A DNA stretch of 61,785 nucleotides, counting the filler, from Rhabdomonas costata (Eukaryota): the NCBI GenBank assembly GCA_019059605.1. It is 19 parts of 19 records of this genome, joined end to end, with 100 filler letters (N's around TTAATTAATTAA, not from the genome) between each part and the next. Parts side by side here need not be neighbours in the genome. Positions count along the whole stretch, not along the records: positions 58,632 to 61,785 come from JAHMHO010001280.1; 18 more parts are not named here. One strand, 5' to 3'. This document shows positions 61,054 to 61,785 of this stretch, one piece after another. The notes beneath the pieces were generated by a model. The model saw nothing but the letters and a program-made list of their open reading frames with translations, searched no databases and had not been told where the DNA came from. The translations under genes and the position numbers were made by a program. Every line of letters starts with the position of its first letter. The stretch's first letter is position 1.

Positions 61054-61785
61054 CCTCTTCCTCAACCTGATGCGACCCCCTCTGAATGCACAGGGATGAG
61101 ACCCTGTCTATTCGATGCACTGACCGGTGAGTCTGGGGTGGCGTGCTGTTGCCAACCCTGTTGACAATACTTCAACCTTCAACTTCATCATTCATGGTGG
61201 CGATCTTAAACTTATCGGTGTCCGGTTAGAGGATCCACCACAACTCCGCGACGTGACGTGCTGGCACCTCACGGCTGCGCTGAGAGGCTTCACGAGCTCA
61301 GGCCAAAACGAGACCCCAAAAGGCAAAAACCACTCACCCAATTCGTTCATTGCCGTATCCTGCACACTTAAACAGTCTAAACCCCTCGGCACAACCACAT
61401 CACCTGTGAGCTGGCATTCTACCCTGAAATGCAGTCCCAACCGATCCGCAACGCCTCAATTCGTTTCCTCCCATCCCTCAAAAATAGAATAGTCCATGAC
61501 AGAGTGCGAAGGGGAAGAAGACGCACACCATGGGGTGCACAATGAGCGGCAGATGCATCATATCGGGTTCAGGAAGAGTCGGTGGCAGTGTGGTCAGCGC
61601 GAAGTCCACCTGAAGACATGTCACCGATGCAAAAAATACAGACTCTTTACTTTTGCTCACGAAATTGTCGATTCGGACAGATTTCCATTATCAGCAGTGC
61701 GAGGAGTATTCCTAAGAAAAGCCCATAGGGCCGCCATCACCTTACTAATGACCACTTTCTAGTCCTGCCCACCACACCCAACACA

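Noticed and set aside
1-61785. Gene neighbourhood or cluster (e.g. CAR + ART + cyclase)
   Set aside because: The genes sit on separate similar-length contigs; adjacency is artificial.

Overview
This is not one locus. It is 19 unrelated ~3.15-kb contigs joined by artificial N-TTAATTAATTAA-N linkers, and many contig ends are G/T-only or C/A-only, as expected from whole-genome-amplification primers. The DNA is from an intron-rich, repeat-rich flagellated protist (splice signals suggest a euglenozoan or dinoflagellate relative; this is inference). Spliced gene fragments recovered by hand: MORN protein, ISWI-type SNF2 ATPase, WD40 protein, RGG-rich protein, NEK kinase, FAM221, a GAF plus degenerate class III cyclase, DNAH2-like dynein heavy chain, AzgA permease and two tandem dual-specificity phosphatases. 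There is also an apparently intronless carboxylic-acid-reductase-like A-T-R enzyme and a probable ADP-ribosyltransferase. Decayed mobile elements include Merlin/IS1595, Ty3/gypsy gag and integrase, and a GIY-YIG remnant. The most striking feature is an LTR retroelement at 6520-9680 (minus strand): its leader carries a polarised array of six 'LTR-end CA + 2 nt + tRNA-iMet primer-binding site' units separated by unrelated spacers and broadly decaying away from the LTR. Splice donors are also unusual: 4 of 21 fully delimited introns are GC-AG, one is probably GA-AG, and the consensus is G|GNNYG rather than GTRAG.
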